Origin: Nitrospirota bacterium
Lineage (GTDB): Bacteria > Nitrospirota > UBA9217
Direction: 5' to 3'
Length of the DNA stretch: 64,000 bases
NCBI GenBank assembly: GCA_029858565.1
Contig: JAOUEV010000007.1
Span: forward strand, 32,001-96,000
Shown: positions 19,901 to 28,125 of the stretch, one piece after another
How positions within the stretch are numbered: the stretch's first letter is position 1
Layout: the number at the start of each line of letters is the position of its first letter
Position numbers and translations under genes: made by a program
Notes under the pieces: model-generated
What the model was told of the DNA's origin: nothing
Database searches by the model: none
The model's input: only the letters and a program-made list of their open reading frames with translations

Positions 19901-22186
19901 AATGATGGTGATTACAGCGACGCAGGCGAGAAGATCGATATGCAGTCGGCCTTTGTTGTTCTCGACCCCTATGCCCCTTATTCGCGCGGCGTTGACTATG
20001 TCACCACGGTCGCGATCAGCAAGACCGCTCCTGCGGGGAACACCGTTAAATACCGGTTCTACGCGGAGTCGGGCGCAGATGTCGCGACCGGCGCGCCGAC
20101 CAGCGACAGCACTTTGACGCTCCTGAACAAAGCGCCGGTGCTCGCCTGGACGGGGGAGGCTAGCTTCACCGAAGACGGCGTCAATCCGGATTACGGACCG
20201 AAGGACGGGAGCTACGCGTTCCGGATCAGGTATGTCGATGATGACGGCGATTCCTGCCCGGCGAGCGGTTCGGCCGCTATTCAGGTCTGGCTCGATCTGA
20301 ACGGCGACCTGCAGTACGGCGCTGACGAGAAGTTCAACCTGAACGAGGCCGACCCGGGCGATACGAACTGCACGACCTCGGGCGGCGGCAAGCTCTATGC
20401 GCTGGGCGCCATCCTGCCGAACACGAGCGGCGGCAACAAGGTCGCTGCCTACCGGTTCTTCGCAACTGACGGCACGAGCGCGGCAGCCGGTCCTCCCGTA
20501 TCCGGCGGCACGGTCACGGTTGCGGCAACAACGAACAGGCCGCCCTCACTTGCCTGGGACGGCGGCGTCTGTCGGCCGCAGGGCGCCATGCCGCCGAAGA
20601 GCGCGACGAGCTCCTCGATCAACTTCAGCATTCGCTATTACGACGATGACAACCAGTGTCCGGCGAGCGGGACACCGGCGATCCAGGTCTGGGTGGACTT
20701 GGACAAATCCGGATCGTACTCAAGCGGTGAAAAGTTCAATCTTGCCGAGGAATCACCGGCGGACACCGATTGCACGACCGCAGGCGGCGGCAAGGTGTAC
20801 GGCGTGACCGTGGTTCCGACCATGGCTGCTGATGATATTCCCTACGAATTCCACGCGTCTGACGGCATCGACACCGCGCTCGGCGCTCCTGCGACCGTCG
20901 GCGCCACGGTGGATGTCATCGCGGCCACCTATGTTGTAAGACAGGACGGGACCGAGGATTACACGACGATCACTGCCGCCATTGCCGCGGTCGGGGCGAA
21001 CAACAGCAGGACCATCCTTGTGTACAACGGGACCTATGCGGAAAACCTGACCATCACGCAGGACCCACTGACCTTGGTGTCGGCTTGCGGCGCAAGCGAG
21101 ACGATTATCACGTCCGCGGTCGATCCGGTCGTGCATTTCAACCTGAGCGTCGGCAGCGTGTTCGATGGCTTTACGGTCACCGGCGGCGCCGGATCAGGCA
21201 TCAAGGCAACAGGGAACAACTTCAACGGCCTCACCAGCACGCCGTCGATCAAGAACAGCATCATTTTCGGCAACGGAGGCCGGGGCATTTACGGCTACCG
21301 TGCCACGGTCACGATAACAGGTTCGGAGATCTACGACAATCTCGGCGGAGGGGTGTCCCTCTACGCTGGATCGATCTCCGATTCAACGATAAGGAACAAC
21401 TCGGTGACCGGTAACGGCGGCGGGGTCTCGACCGACGCAAGCGACAAAGGAGCGTTCACGCTCACCAATGTCACGATCAAGGACAACAGCGCCAGCGGGT
21501 ACGGCGGCGGGATCTACTGTCAGAACTCGGACGGCGGTTACGCGCCTTCCTTCTCGAAGCTTATCGTGTCGCGCAACACGGGCAGCGTCGGCGGCGGCGG
21601 TTATTTCACTTCCTGCAACCCGACCTTTACAAACAGCCTGGTCGTCGACAACAACGCGGTGAACGGCGGCGGTATGGGCGCCGGGACCTCTGCCTCTACC
21701 TGGTTCCTGAACAGCACAGTCGTGAACAATAGCGCGTCCGCTGACGGCGGCGGATTCTACACCTCCGGTTTGAGCGACACGGTCAACTTCGCCAACAGCA
21801 TCCTCTGGGGGAACCGCGCGAACGGGTCCGGTCATCTCGGCCGTTTCGCCCAATCGAGCGGCAGCGTGGTCAGCGCCTATCTTTATGATTCGATTATCGA
21901 AAACAACGGTGATACCAATATCACCGATGATAATTACTTCAGCACAACGATCTATGTCGCCATTGTCGACGGTGGGGGAAATCATGACGCAGACCCGAAC
22001 TTCATCGACCGGATCAACGGAGACAAGACTATGCGGAATTACCGCGTCCAGTCGCCTTCGATCGCCATCGATCGTGCGGGAAATACCTCGGGCAAGGGCA
22101 TTCCGACCGACGACCTTGACGGGAACAGCCGTCCCGCGGGGAGCGAGGATATCGGCGCGTATGAATATGTTGGCGCCGCGCCTTAG
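16961..22186 (+). CDS. Giant secreted multiheme c-type cytochrome with Ig-like repeats and a C-terminal parallel beta-helix
   Basis: Signal peptide; 17 CxxCH and 2 CxxxxCH motifs in the N-terminal half; three ~130-aa repeats with DxNxDG loops; NxA..GGG beta-helix repeats; DIGAYEY tail; AAGGAG RBS before ATG 16961. Confidence 0.9.
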   Translation: MEVAKHRYLKFAAILCILSALYFGPGRGAILALDSPHSPQSSSRPMTCSSCHISPSGPTPLWKTLPTSTDNTYKNNLCTSCHSAGKLTTSKYEDIKTHTAGITGSSYWGGAWAVECVTCHSPHFQMQSITYGSDPAIKLASGTISALVSSPNATMSTLTDSTKNFIPDEYIGHLLIPNTAYPTGIYRIKSNTSATVTVEGAINLSRTGVGKSYAIHYGKMINSQVRTPASGNLPVRFFHNTGANSYATSTSPTGMTSICQICHTQTASFNNSGELEGPRHPANKAGTNCMVCHPHSKGFKADCALCHGEPPVSADQLAVPPTGSDNPGKHEGHVSNAGIACAACHRDYQMPDDTTHSIDIGFDNFGSGGGQYRGQSAVNYQGRNGTDVSVRDDSRICTNITCHSTGNLSVTGGQLPAVYGGNKYASPLWMTTAPAAACGSCHGRSTSTGMPDYTNGGAGSTTANSHPRHVVSGNIECSWCHVRTVPAGMSPVDYSQGKHVNGSSQDVYFAAPNESAAYAGGTKTCSATYCHGSAAPQWGGTAPCGSCHAATAETITSGSHQVHLSTTGGRGPNGVSVIVTCDTCHGTGAVSGAHSGHVDGSVTFTDVNAIAATSACNSCHSPGGDYDGVSDASIGAKTNWAGGVYSGGTLAAGKEKWCAGCHDKSPSVINTVNAPNIAGDESGSFIYGTGWGFYKTGHGLPSAGTMPASGGATNGPGSSCTDCHDISKGHIDGDARTFACASGTGGACTTAYKTAYRLKDVAGGSPLEMPPTGTNAESFRLCFSCHTSTEAWLTNNRAGTNFYQEGTSRNDHYYHLTAVAKTAEIDWDGAFEGKMSCITCHNVHGSKNPAMIRADELTGFPSLSVRYGNAGSTHTAGQIEPVPNNITLVESTKLTMLGTLANTYCQHCHGSGTAIMTVSRTPTGIEPRPPVLTWVGYPGFETDGATPDSSESNSAFTFRVTYTDINQDAPTKVQLWIDLNNDGDYSDAGEKIDMQSAFVVLDPYAPYSRGVDYVTTVAISKTAPAGNTVKYRFYAESGADVATGAPTSDSTLTLLNKAPVLAWTGEASFTEDGVNPDYGPKDGSYAFRIRYVDDDGDSCPASGSAAIQVWLDLNGDLQYGADEKFNLNEADPGDTNCTTSGGGKLYALGAILPNTSGGNKVAAYRFFATDGTSAAAGPPVSGGTVTVAATTNRPPSLAWDGGVCRPQGAMPPKSATSSSINFSIRYYDDDNQCPASGTPAIQVWVDLDKSGSYSSGEKFNLAEESPADTDCTTAGGGKVYGVTVVPTMAADDIPYEFHASDGIDTALGAPATVGATVDVIAATYVVRQDGTEDYTTITAAIAAVGANNSRTILVYNGTYAENLTITQDPLTLVSACGASETIITSAVDPVVHFNLSVGSVFDGFTVTGGAGSGIKATGNNFNGLTSTPSIKNSIIFGNGGRGIYGYRATVTITGSEIYDNLGGGVSLYAGSISDSTIRNNSVTGNGGGVSTDASDKGAFTLTNVTIKDNSASGYGGGIYCQNSDGGYAPSFSKLIVSRNTGSVGGGGYFTSCNPTFTNSLVVDNNAVNGGGMGAGTSASTWFLNSTVVNNSASADGGGFYTSGLSDTVNFANSILWGNRANGSGHLGRFAQSSGSVVSAYLYDSIIENNGDTNITDDNYFSTTIYVAIVDGGGNHDADPNFIDRINGDKTMRNYRVQSPSIAIDRAGNTSGKGIPTDDLDGNSRPAGSEDIGAYEYVGAAP
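19745..20920 (+). repeat. Three tandem intragenic domain repeats (~390-410 nt each)
   Basis: Units start near 19745, 20132 and 20540 with PxLxWxG...FRxxYxD...QxWxDLxxxGxY..xEK; units 2 and 3 share CPASG and EKFNL.E..P.DT.CTT.GGGK.Y. Confidence 0.8.
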
Positions 22187-22224
22187 CAGCTCGGCTGAGC
22201 GTGACGAGCCGGAAGGAGGAAGAC

Positions 22225-24882
22225 GTGAACGTCAAGACAAAAGCGCTGGTCATGGTAAGCCTGCTCATGCTGATCCTGGCGGGATTCTTCCTGGTCCAGG
22301 GGATCCTCGAACACAATCAGGACCTGGCAAGAGCGGTCAGCGATGAGGAAAAGACCATCGACGATACCTTCGCTGATATACAGCGTTACGCCTTCTCTCC
22401 CTATCGCGTCAGGATCAGGCAGATGATGCGAAATCGGCCGGAGATCGTCTCGGCTTTTGCCGACCGCGACCGCGAGCGGCTCTATCGGCTAACGCTGCCA
22501 CTGTATAAGGACCTGCGGGAAGCGAATGGGTATGTGCATGCCGTCGACTTCACCCTTCCCGACGGAACGGTTTTTCTCCGCATGCAGAAGCCTCATGACC
22601 ACGGCGACAAGATCAATCTGTCCCGCTCCATCATCCGGACGGTCCACGAAAAGAAGGAGCAGCAGGCGGGCTACGATGTGGGCAGGCACGGGCTCATGTA
22701 CTGGGTGGCGCAGCCCCTGTTCGACGGGGCTCGCTATGTCGGTGCGGTCGAGATCGGTATTCACGTAAGCCAGCTTACCTTTGCCCTGGCGGACCGGTTC
22801 AGGACGGAAGTGACGACGGTCATCGAGCAGGAAGAGTGGCGGAAGGCAACGGGTGTCAAGGAGGGCTTCCGCCGGTTCGGCCGGTACGTCGTTATGATGA
22901 ATAGCGGATCAATCTACACCCAGCTTCCCGATACCTTTGATTTCTCTCGCACCCAGGATTCCCGGATCCTGCTGAACGGCAAGCCACACGTGCTCCATAT
23001 CTGTGCTGGTCTCCTGGATCACGAAGGGAAGCAGATCGGAAGCATTCTGGTGGCCCAGGACATCTCCGAGAAGATCGCAAACCGGCAGGAGTTTGTCCGG
23101 AACGCGGCCGCCGTCACGGTGACGTCGCTCGGTATTTCCTTTCTTTTTCTCTATTTCACTTTCGGCGGTCTGATCGGGAAATTCGAAGAGTATGCCAACG
23201 AGAACCGGCGCGCCAAGGAAGAGGTCGAGCAGGCGAACAGCGCGCTCGAGGCCCGCGTTCAGGAGCGGACCGAGGACCTGGCTCGAGTGAACAACTCTCT
23301 GCAGGAACAGCACCGGTTCCTGCAAACGATCATCGAATCGATGACCCAGCCGTTCTACGTCATTGACGCTGAAACCTACCGGATCGTGCTGGCCAACAGC
23401 GCGGCATACGGGAACCTGGACCGTGCGGACGCGACCCTCACCTGCTACCGCATGACCCATCACCGGGACAAACCCTGTTCCGGCGACGACCACCCCTGCG
23501 CGATCAAGGAAGTGAAACGGACGGGACGCCCGGCGGTGCTTGAGCATGTCCACATGGACCAGAACGGGGCAGAGCATATCAACGAGATCTATGCGTATCC
23601 GATCCAGGGCGCCGACGGCGCGATCCGGAACGTTATCGAATACTGCATCGATGTCACCGACCGCAGGAAGGCCGATGAGGAAAAGAAGAAGATGCTCGTG
23701 CAGCTCAACCAGATGCAGAAGATGGAGGCGATCGGCGCGCTTGCCGGCGGCATCGCGCACGATTTCAATAATATCCTCGCTGCCATGCTGGGCTATGCGG
23801 ATCTTGCGCGGCGAAGGACGTCGGAGGGGAGCGATACGCGGGACATGCTGTGCAAGGTCATCGAGGCAGGCGACCGCGCCAAGCTTCTGGTGCGCCAGAT
23901 ACTCTCGTTCAGCCGGCAGACCGATCAGCAGCTGACGCCGATCAAGGTCCAGGATGTCCTATACGAAGCATTGCGTCTCCTCCGCGCATCGATACCCTCG
24001 ACCATCGAGTTGCGCCAGAACATCGACGATGGGTGCGATCACGTCCTTGCGGACCCGACCCAGATCCATCAGATCATCATGAACCTTGGCACCAATGCCT
24101 ACCAAGCCATGCGGGAAAAGGGCGGCGTGCTTGCGGTCAGTCTCCGGCCGGTGACTGTAGGCGGTGACACGCACCGCACCGCCAGCCTAGTGCTGCCGCC
24201 GGGCGAATATGTCAAGCTCGAGGTGAGCGACACCGGCCACGGTATGAAGCCGGAGATCATGAAGCGGATCTTCGATCCCTACTTCACGACGAAGAAACCG
24301 GGCGAAGGCACCGGCATGGGCCTGGCAGTGGTCCACGGTATCGTCAAGAGCCATGGAGGCCAGGTCACGGTTTATAGCGAGCCCGAGGTGGGAACGACCT
24401 TCAATGTATACCTGCCGCAGCTCAAGGCCGCCGAGCGGGCCGGGCATGCGCAGGAGACCGGACCGGCGGTCGAGCTGCTGCCCGGGGGTCATGAGCGCAT
24501 CCTTTTCGTCGATGACGAGGTACAGATCGCAGCGATGGGTCGGCAGATGCTGGAAAATATGGGTTACCGGGTCGTCTCGTGCAACGACAGCCTTGAAGCG
24601 CTTCGCGTGTTCCAGGAGCGGCCCGATGCATTCGATCTGGTGATCACGGACATGACGATGCCGAACCTGACCGGCGCGGACCTGGCCAGGCAACTACTCG
24701 TCATCCGTCGTGACATTCCGATCATCCTCTGCACGGGTTTCAGCGAACTGATCAATGCTGATAAGGCTCGGGAGATCGGCATTCGGGAATACCTCATGAA
24801 GCCACTACTGGCCGGCGAGATTGCCAAAGCCGTACGGAAGGTCCTGTCGTCCGCGACCCAGCCGGGGGCCCCGATAGGGTAG
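22225..24882 (+). CDS. Hybrid sensor histidine kinase (Cache-like periplasmic, PAS, HisKA, HATPase, REC)
   Basis: Two TMs; PAS with CYRMTHHRDKPCSGDDHPC; AGGIAHDFNNIL, FDPYFTTK..GEGTGMGL; REC with VDDE, TDMTMP and KP. Confidence 0.92.
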   Translation: MNVKTKALVMVSLLMLILAGFFLVQGILEHNQDLARAVSDEEKTIDDTFADIQRYAFSPYRVRIRQMMRNRPEIVSAFADRDRERLYRLTLPLYKDLREANGYVHAVDFTLPDGTVFLRMQKPHDHGDKINLSRSIIRTVHEKKEQQAGYDVGRHGLMYWVAQPLFDGARYVGAVEIGIHVSQLTFALADRFRTEVTTVIEQEEWRKATGVKEGFRRFGRYVVMMNSGSIYTQLPDTFDFSRTQDSRILLNGKPHVLHICAGLLDHEGKQIGSILVAQDISEKIANRQEFVRNAAAVTVTSLGISFLFLYFTFGGLIGKFEEYANENRRAKEEVEQANSALEARVQERTEDLARVNNSLQEQHRFLQTIIESMTQPFYVIDAETYRIVLANSAAYGNLDRADATLTCYRMTHHRDKPCSGDDHPCAIKEVKRTGRPAVLEHVHMDQNGAEHINEIYAYPIQGADGAIRNVIEYCIDVTDRRKADEEKKKMLVQLNQMQKMEAIGALAGGIAHDFNNILAAMLGYADLARRRTSEGSDTRDMLCKVIEAGDRAKLLVRQILSFSRQTDQQLTPIKVQDVLYEALRLLRASIPSTIELRQNIDDGCDHVLADPTQIHQIIMNLGTNAYQAMREKGGVLAVSLRPVTVGGDTHRTASLVLPPGEYVKLEVSDTGHGMKPEIMKRIFDPYFTTKKPGEGTGMGLAVVHGIVKSHGGQVTVYSEPEVGTTFNVYLPQLKAAERAGHAQETGPAVELLPGGHERILFVDDEVQIAAMGRQMLENMGYRVVSCNDSLEALRVFQERPDAFDLVITDMTMPNLTGADLARQLLVIRRDIPIILCTGFSELINADKAREIGIREYLMKPLLAGEIAKAVRKVLSSATQPGAPIG

Positions 24883-24916
24883 CCGTGCTAAGACCGGGCG
24901 TGCCGGGGAGGATGCT

Positions 24917-26563
24917 ATGGAAGAACTGAAAAATAATCAGGACAGAGACCGAGCCGGCTGGCTGCAGCGGTACAAGAAAACGATCATCCTGTCCACGGTT
25001 CTCGTTCTCGCGGCCGTCATCGCCGTTGTCATGGTGTTCATCGGCGCAACGCTGCGGAGCCGGCTGATCCAGGACAGCAGGATGAAAACAGAAGAGCTGG
25101 CCGGGGTGATCGAGCTGAGTCTTCGGCACCTGATGACCGCGCGGAATCCCGGGAAGATCCAGCAGTCGCTGGAAGTGATCAGCGCGGGCGGCTCTTCGAT
25201 CGTGAATGCATTTATTCTCGACAACCAGGGGAGGATCGCCTATTCGTCAAGAACGAGCGATATCGGGGCGCGCATCGACCGGTTTTGCGAGCCTTCCTGC
25301 ACCGGATGTCATGCCGGCGCCGCTACCCTTTCACAGGAGACCGCGACGTTATTGACAACGGACGGCGGGTCCTACCTGCGATGCGTCAAGGTCATTCGAA
25401 ATAATGGCGCCTGTTTTGCGTGCCATCCCCCCTCGTCCCGCACGGTCGGAAAGCTGATCATCGACCGATCCATGCTGCCGACCTCCCAGCTGATCACGGC
25501 GGTCATGCTTATTCTGGCAATCTCGGGGGTGCTCTCGCTTGCCGTCCTCGTTCCCTTCATTGTCAAGTTCCTCTCCCGGGGCGTGGATAAATACATATCC
25601 GAGATCCTGTTCAAGTCGTCCGAGCTCTCCATGCTTTATGCGATCGTCAAGCGCTTGAGCAAGACGATCGAGCTGGAAGAGCTGAAGCAGGTGGTGATCG
25701 ACATAGTCCGCGACCTGTACCGCGCCGACGAGGTCCATATCCTGCTGCCCAAGGGCGGCAAGGAGTACGGCGGCGTTTTCTGGAGCAATAAGGATAACAA
25801 GATCGATCGCCGGGTCGTGCCCGACCAGGACCCCTATCGCGACCTTATCCTCGACTGGCTTGACGGCGGCCTGCTGCAGGAACGGCTTGTCGACGGAGGG
25901 CGGACGGTCGTCATCCCTCTTGAGAAGGGCGGCACACGACTTGGGATGATCATCGCAACACGGTCCGACAGGTTGTTCAACGACCACGATCTTGAACTGG
26001 TCCGGGCCATGGGGAGCCATATATCCGTCGCCCTGGAAAACGCTTCGCTCTATCGTATCGCCATCACGGACGAGCTGACGGGCCTTTATTCCAAGCGGCA
26101 CTTCCGCACCATGATCGAGAAGAAATTCGAGCTGTACGAGAAATACGGAGAAAAGCTGACGCTCCTCATTCTGGACATCGATGATTTCAAGAAAGTGAAT
26201 GACACCTACGGACATCCGGCGGGAGATAGCATCCTGCGCGAAGTGGCTTCCCGCGTTATGAACACCACCCGCGAGGGGGACCTTGATTTTCGCTACGGTG
26301 GCGAGGAGTTCATCGTACTTCTGCCCGCGACAGCCGATGCGGGAGGGGTCTATGTGGCAGAGCGGATATGCGAGCAGATCAACAGCGCCGGCTTTGATAT
26401 CGGGGAAACGAGACTTCGTATCACCGTCAGCATCGGCGTGGCATGCGTTCCGGAACATGCGGTGACCATCCGCGATCTGGTGAGCGAGGCGGACAAGGCG
26501 CTGTACGAAGCGAAAAAAACGGGAAAAAACCGGGTCGTGTTGAGCCGGAATCGGCCGGTGTAG
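24917..26563 (+). CDS. Membrane diguanylate cyclase with a periplasmic di-heme-c sensor, GAF and GGDEF
   Basis: CTGCH and CFACH between two TMs; DELTGL, DIDDFKKVND, REGD I-site and RYGGEEF. Confidence 0.9.
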   Translation: MEELKNNQDRDRAGWLQRYKKTIILSTVLVLAAVIAVVMVFIGATLRSRLIQDSRMKTEELAGVIELSLRHLMTARNPGKIQQSLEVISAGGSSIVNAFILDNQGRIAYSSRTSDIGARIDRFCEPSCTGCHAGAATLSQETATLLTTDGGSYLRCVKVIRNNGACFACHPPSSRTVGKLIIDRSMLPTSQLITAVMLILAISGVLSLAVLVPFIVKFLSRGVDKYISEILFKSSELSMLYAIVKRLSKTIELEELKQVVIDIVRDLYRADEVHILLPKGGKEYGGVFWSNKDNKIDRRVVPDQDPYRDLILDWLDGGLLQERLVDGGRTVVIPLEKGGTRLGMIIATRSDRLFNDHDLELVRAMGSHISVALENASLYRIAITDELTGLYSKRHFRTMIEKKFELYEKYGEKLTLLILDIDDFKKVNDTYGHPAGDSILREVASRVMNTTREGDLDFRYGGEEFIVLLPATADAGGVYVAERICEQINSAGFDIGETRLRITVSIGVACVPEHAVTIRDLVSEADKALYEAKKTGKNRVVLSRNRPV

Positions 26564-26773
26564 TCCCCTCGGCCTTGACATGCACAGTATCGCAGCAGAA
26601 CCAGCTTGCCCGTCGCCGGGAGGGGGTCCCGTCGATGCCGTCATTCGGATCGTTAACACAGCATTTTATCAGCATCATCGTGGCCAACTCTTGCGCAGTA
26701 TCTTTGATGACCTCATGTCGGGGAGGAAATTACGCAGGGGAATTCCGTGATCTGATGGGGAGAGGGAGAATGC

Positions 26774-27375
26774 ATGTTGGAAGAAACGGGAATAAATGCA
26801 GTGTTGGACAGGATCTTTTTTATCACCGAACGCGTTGTTGCTCTTGACAGTATCGACGATATCTTCGATCACGTTGTCAGGACCGCCGTCCAGATCACCA
26901 ACTCGGAGGCGGGTACGATACGGATGTTCGATCATGGTACAGGCCTGCTCAAGATCGTCAAGGGATACGGCGTGTCGACCGGTTTCCTATCGCAGCCGGC
27001 CGTCAGGATCGGAGAGGGGATCGCCGGACGGGTGGTGCTCCAGGGACGTCCCTATGCAACGGTCAATATCACAAAGACCCCCTATAGCGTGAACAAGGAA
27101 TTCGCGAGACCGGAGGGGATCAAGAGCTTGATGAGCGTGCCGCTCAAATCGAGGGGTGTGACGCTGGGATGCATCACGGTCTGCCGCAAGAAGGCTGACG
27201 GCTTTTCCGAGCAAGAGCTGATCATGCTCAGCATCTTTTCAGCGCAAGCTGCTGAAGCCATGGAGAAGATGCAGCTGATAGTTTCGGTCTGCTCAGAAAA
27301 GCGGATAACGCCATGTATGCTGCCAAGCGAGCGGGAAAGAACCGTGTCCTGCCCTGCAGCGCCGGTGAGGGATAA
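26774..27375 (+). pseudogene. GAF-GGDEF diguanylate cyclase with the catalytic core deleted
   Basis: Intact GAF (IGEGIAGRV..SLMSVPL) to ~27277, joined out of frame to DSFGLLRKADNAMYAAKRAGKNRV...*, a GGDEF C-terminus. The 368-aa ORF in the track is run-on. Confidence 0.8.
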
Positions 27376-27460
27376 TAGGCCATTGCAGCGGTCGTTGCAT
27401 GTCGCGTGGCGCGAACCGCCGGCAGAAACTACTGCCGGCGGTTCTGTTTCAGATGACGGA

Positions 27461-27820
27461 TCAGGGCCTTGTGTCCATTCCGGGCTGTCCCGGCTGCTGA
27501 CCGCGCGGACCGCTGCGGAACTGTCCACCTTGTCCGCCCATCGGACCCATGGGGGGCTCGGGCCGGCACTTTCGGAGCTCGTCGGCGGTCTTGGATGCCT
27601 CGACACATGCCTTTTCCTGCGCCAATCGGGTGCTGCGCTCCTCGAGCATGGAGAGTACCCGTGCCTTCATCTCTGCGAACTGCTCGGGTGTGATCTCCCT
27701 AGCGCCCTTGTCGTGCATCATGGGCGCGCTTCCTCCTCCGGCCCGCTGCTGTGCAGGAGCGGGTCCCGCAAGCATGACCACCAACAGCGCACTACAGACA
27801 ACCATAACAAGATATCTCAT
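27461..27820 (-). CDS. Small secreted helical protein with a Gly/Pro/Gln-rich tail
   Basis: Signal peptide ending APA; helical hairpin with C..(11)..C; AGGAGG RBS. Confidence 0.75.
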   Translation of the reverse strand: MRYLVMVVCSALLVVMLAGPAPAQQRAGGGSAPMMHDKGAREITPEQFAEMKARVLSMLEERSTRLAQEKACVEASKTADELRKCRPEPPMGPMGGQGGQFRSGPRGQQPGQPGMDTRP

Positions 27821-28125
27821 GATTCTTTCCTCCTTGCGTACCGGAAATGTTCAGATCCTCTGAAATATATGACACGGTGAACAAGTAAAAGTTAAAGTTG
27901 CCGTGTTGAAGTAACAGATCATCCCGTTCCAGCAAGTATACCCCAAAAATACCCTTTCGGCTTTCTTGTAATCCCCTGACGCCGCCGCTAATATGTGTTG
28001 CGACCATGGTCTTTTCCCGGTCGCGCGCTGGCAATCGTTGCGATATCTTGTAATGATCGTCCGGTCCTGTTCACGGCGAGCGATCATAGACGGGAAAAGC
28101 GGTTCTGAAAGCGAGCGAAGGCGAC

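Noticed and set aside
27278-27880. C-terminal half of the 368-aa ORF 26774-27880
   Set aside because: Run-on after the deletion junction; it overlaps the real minus-strand gene 27461-27820.
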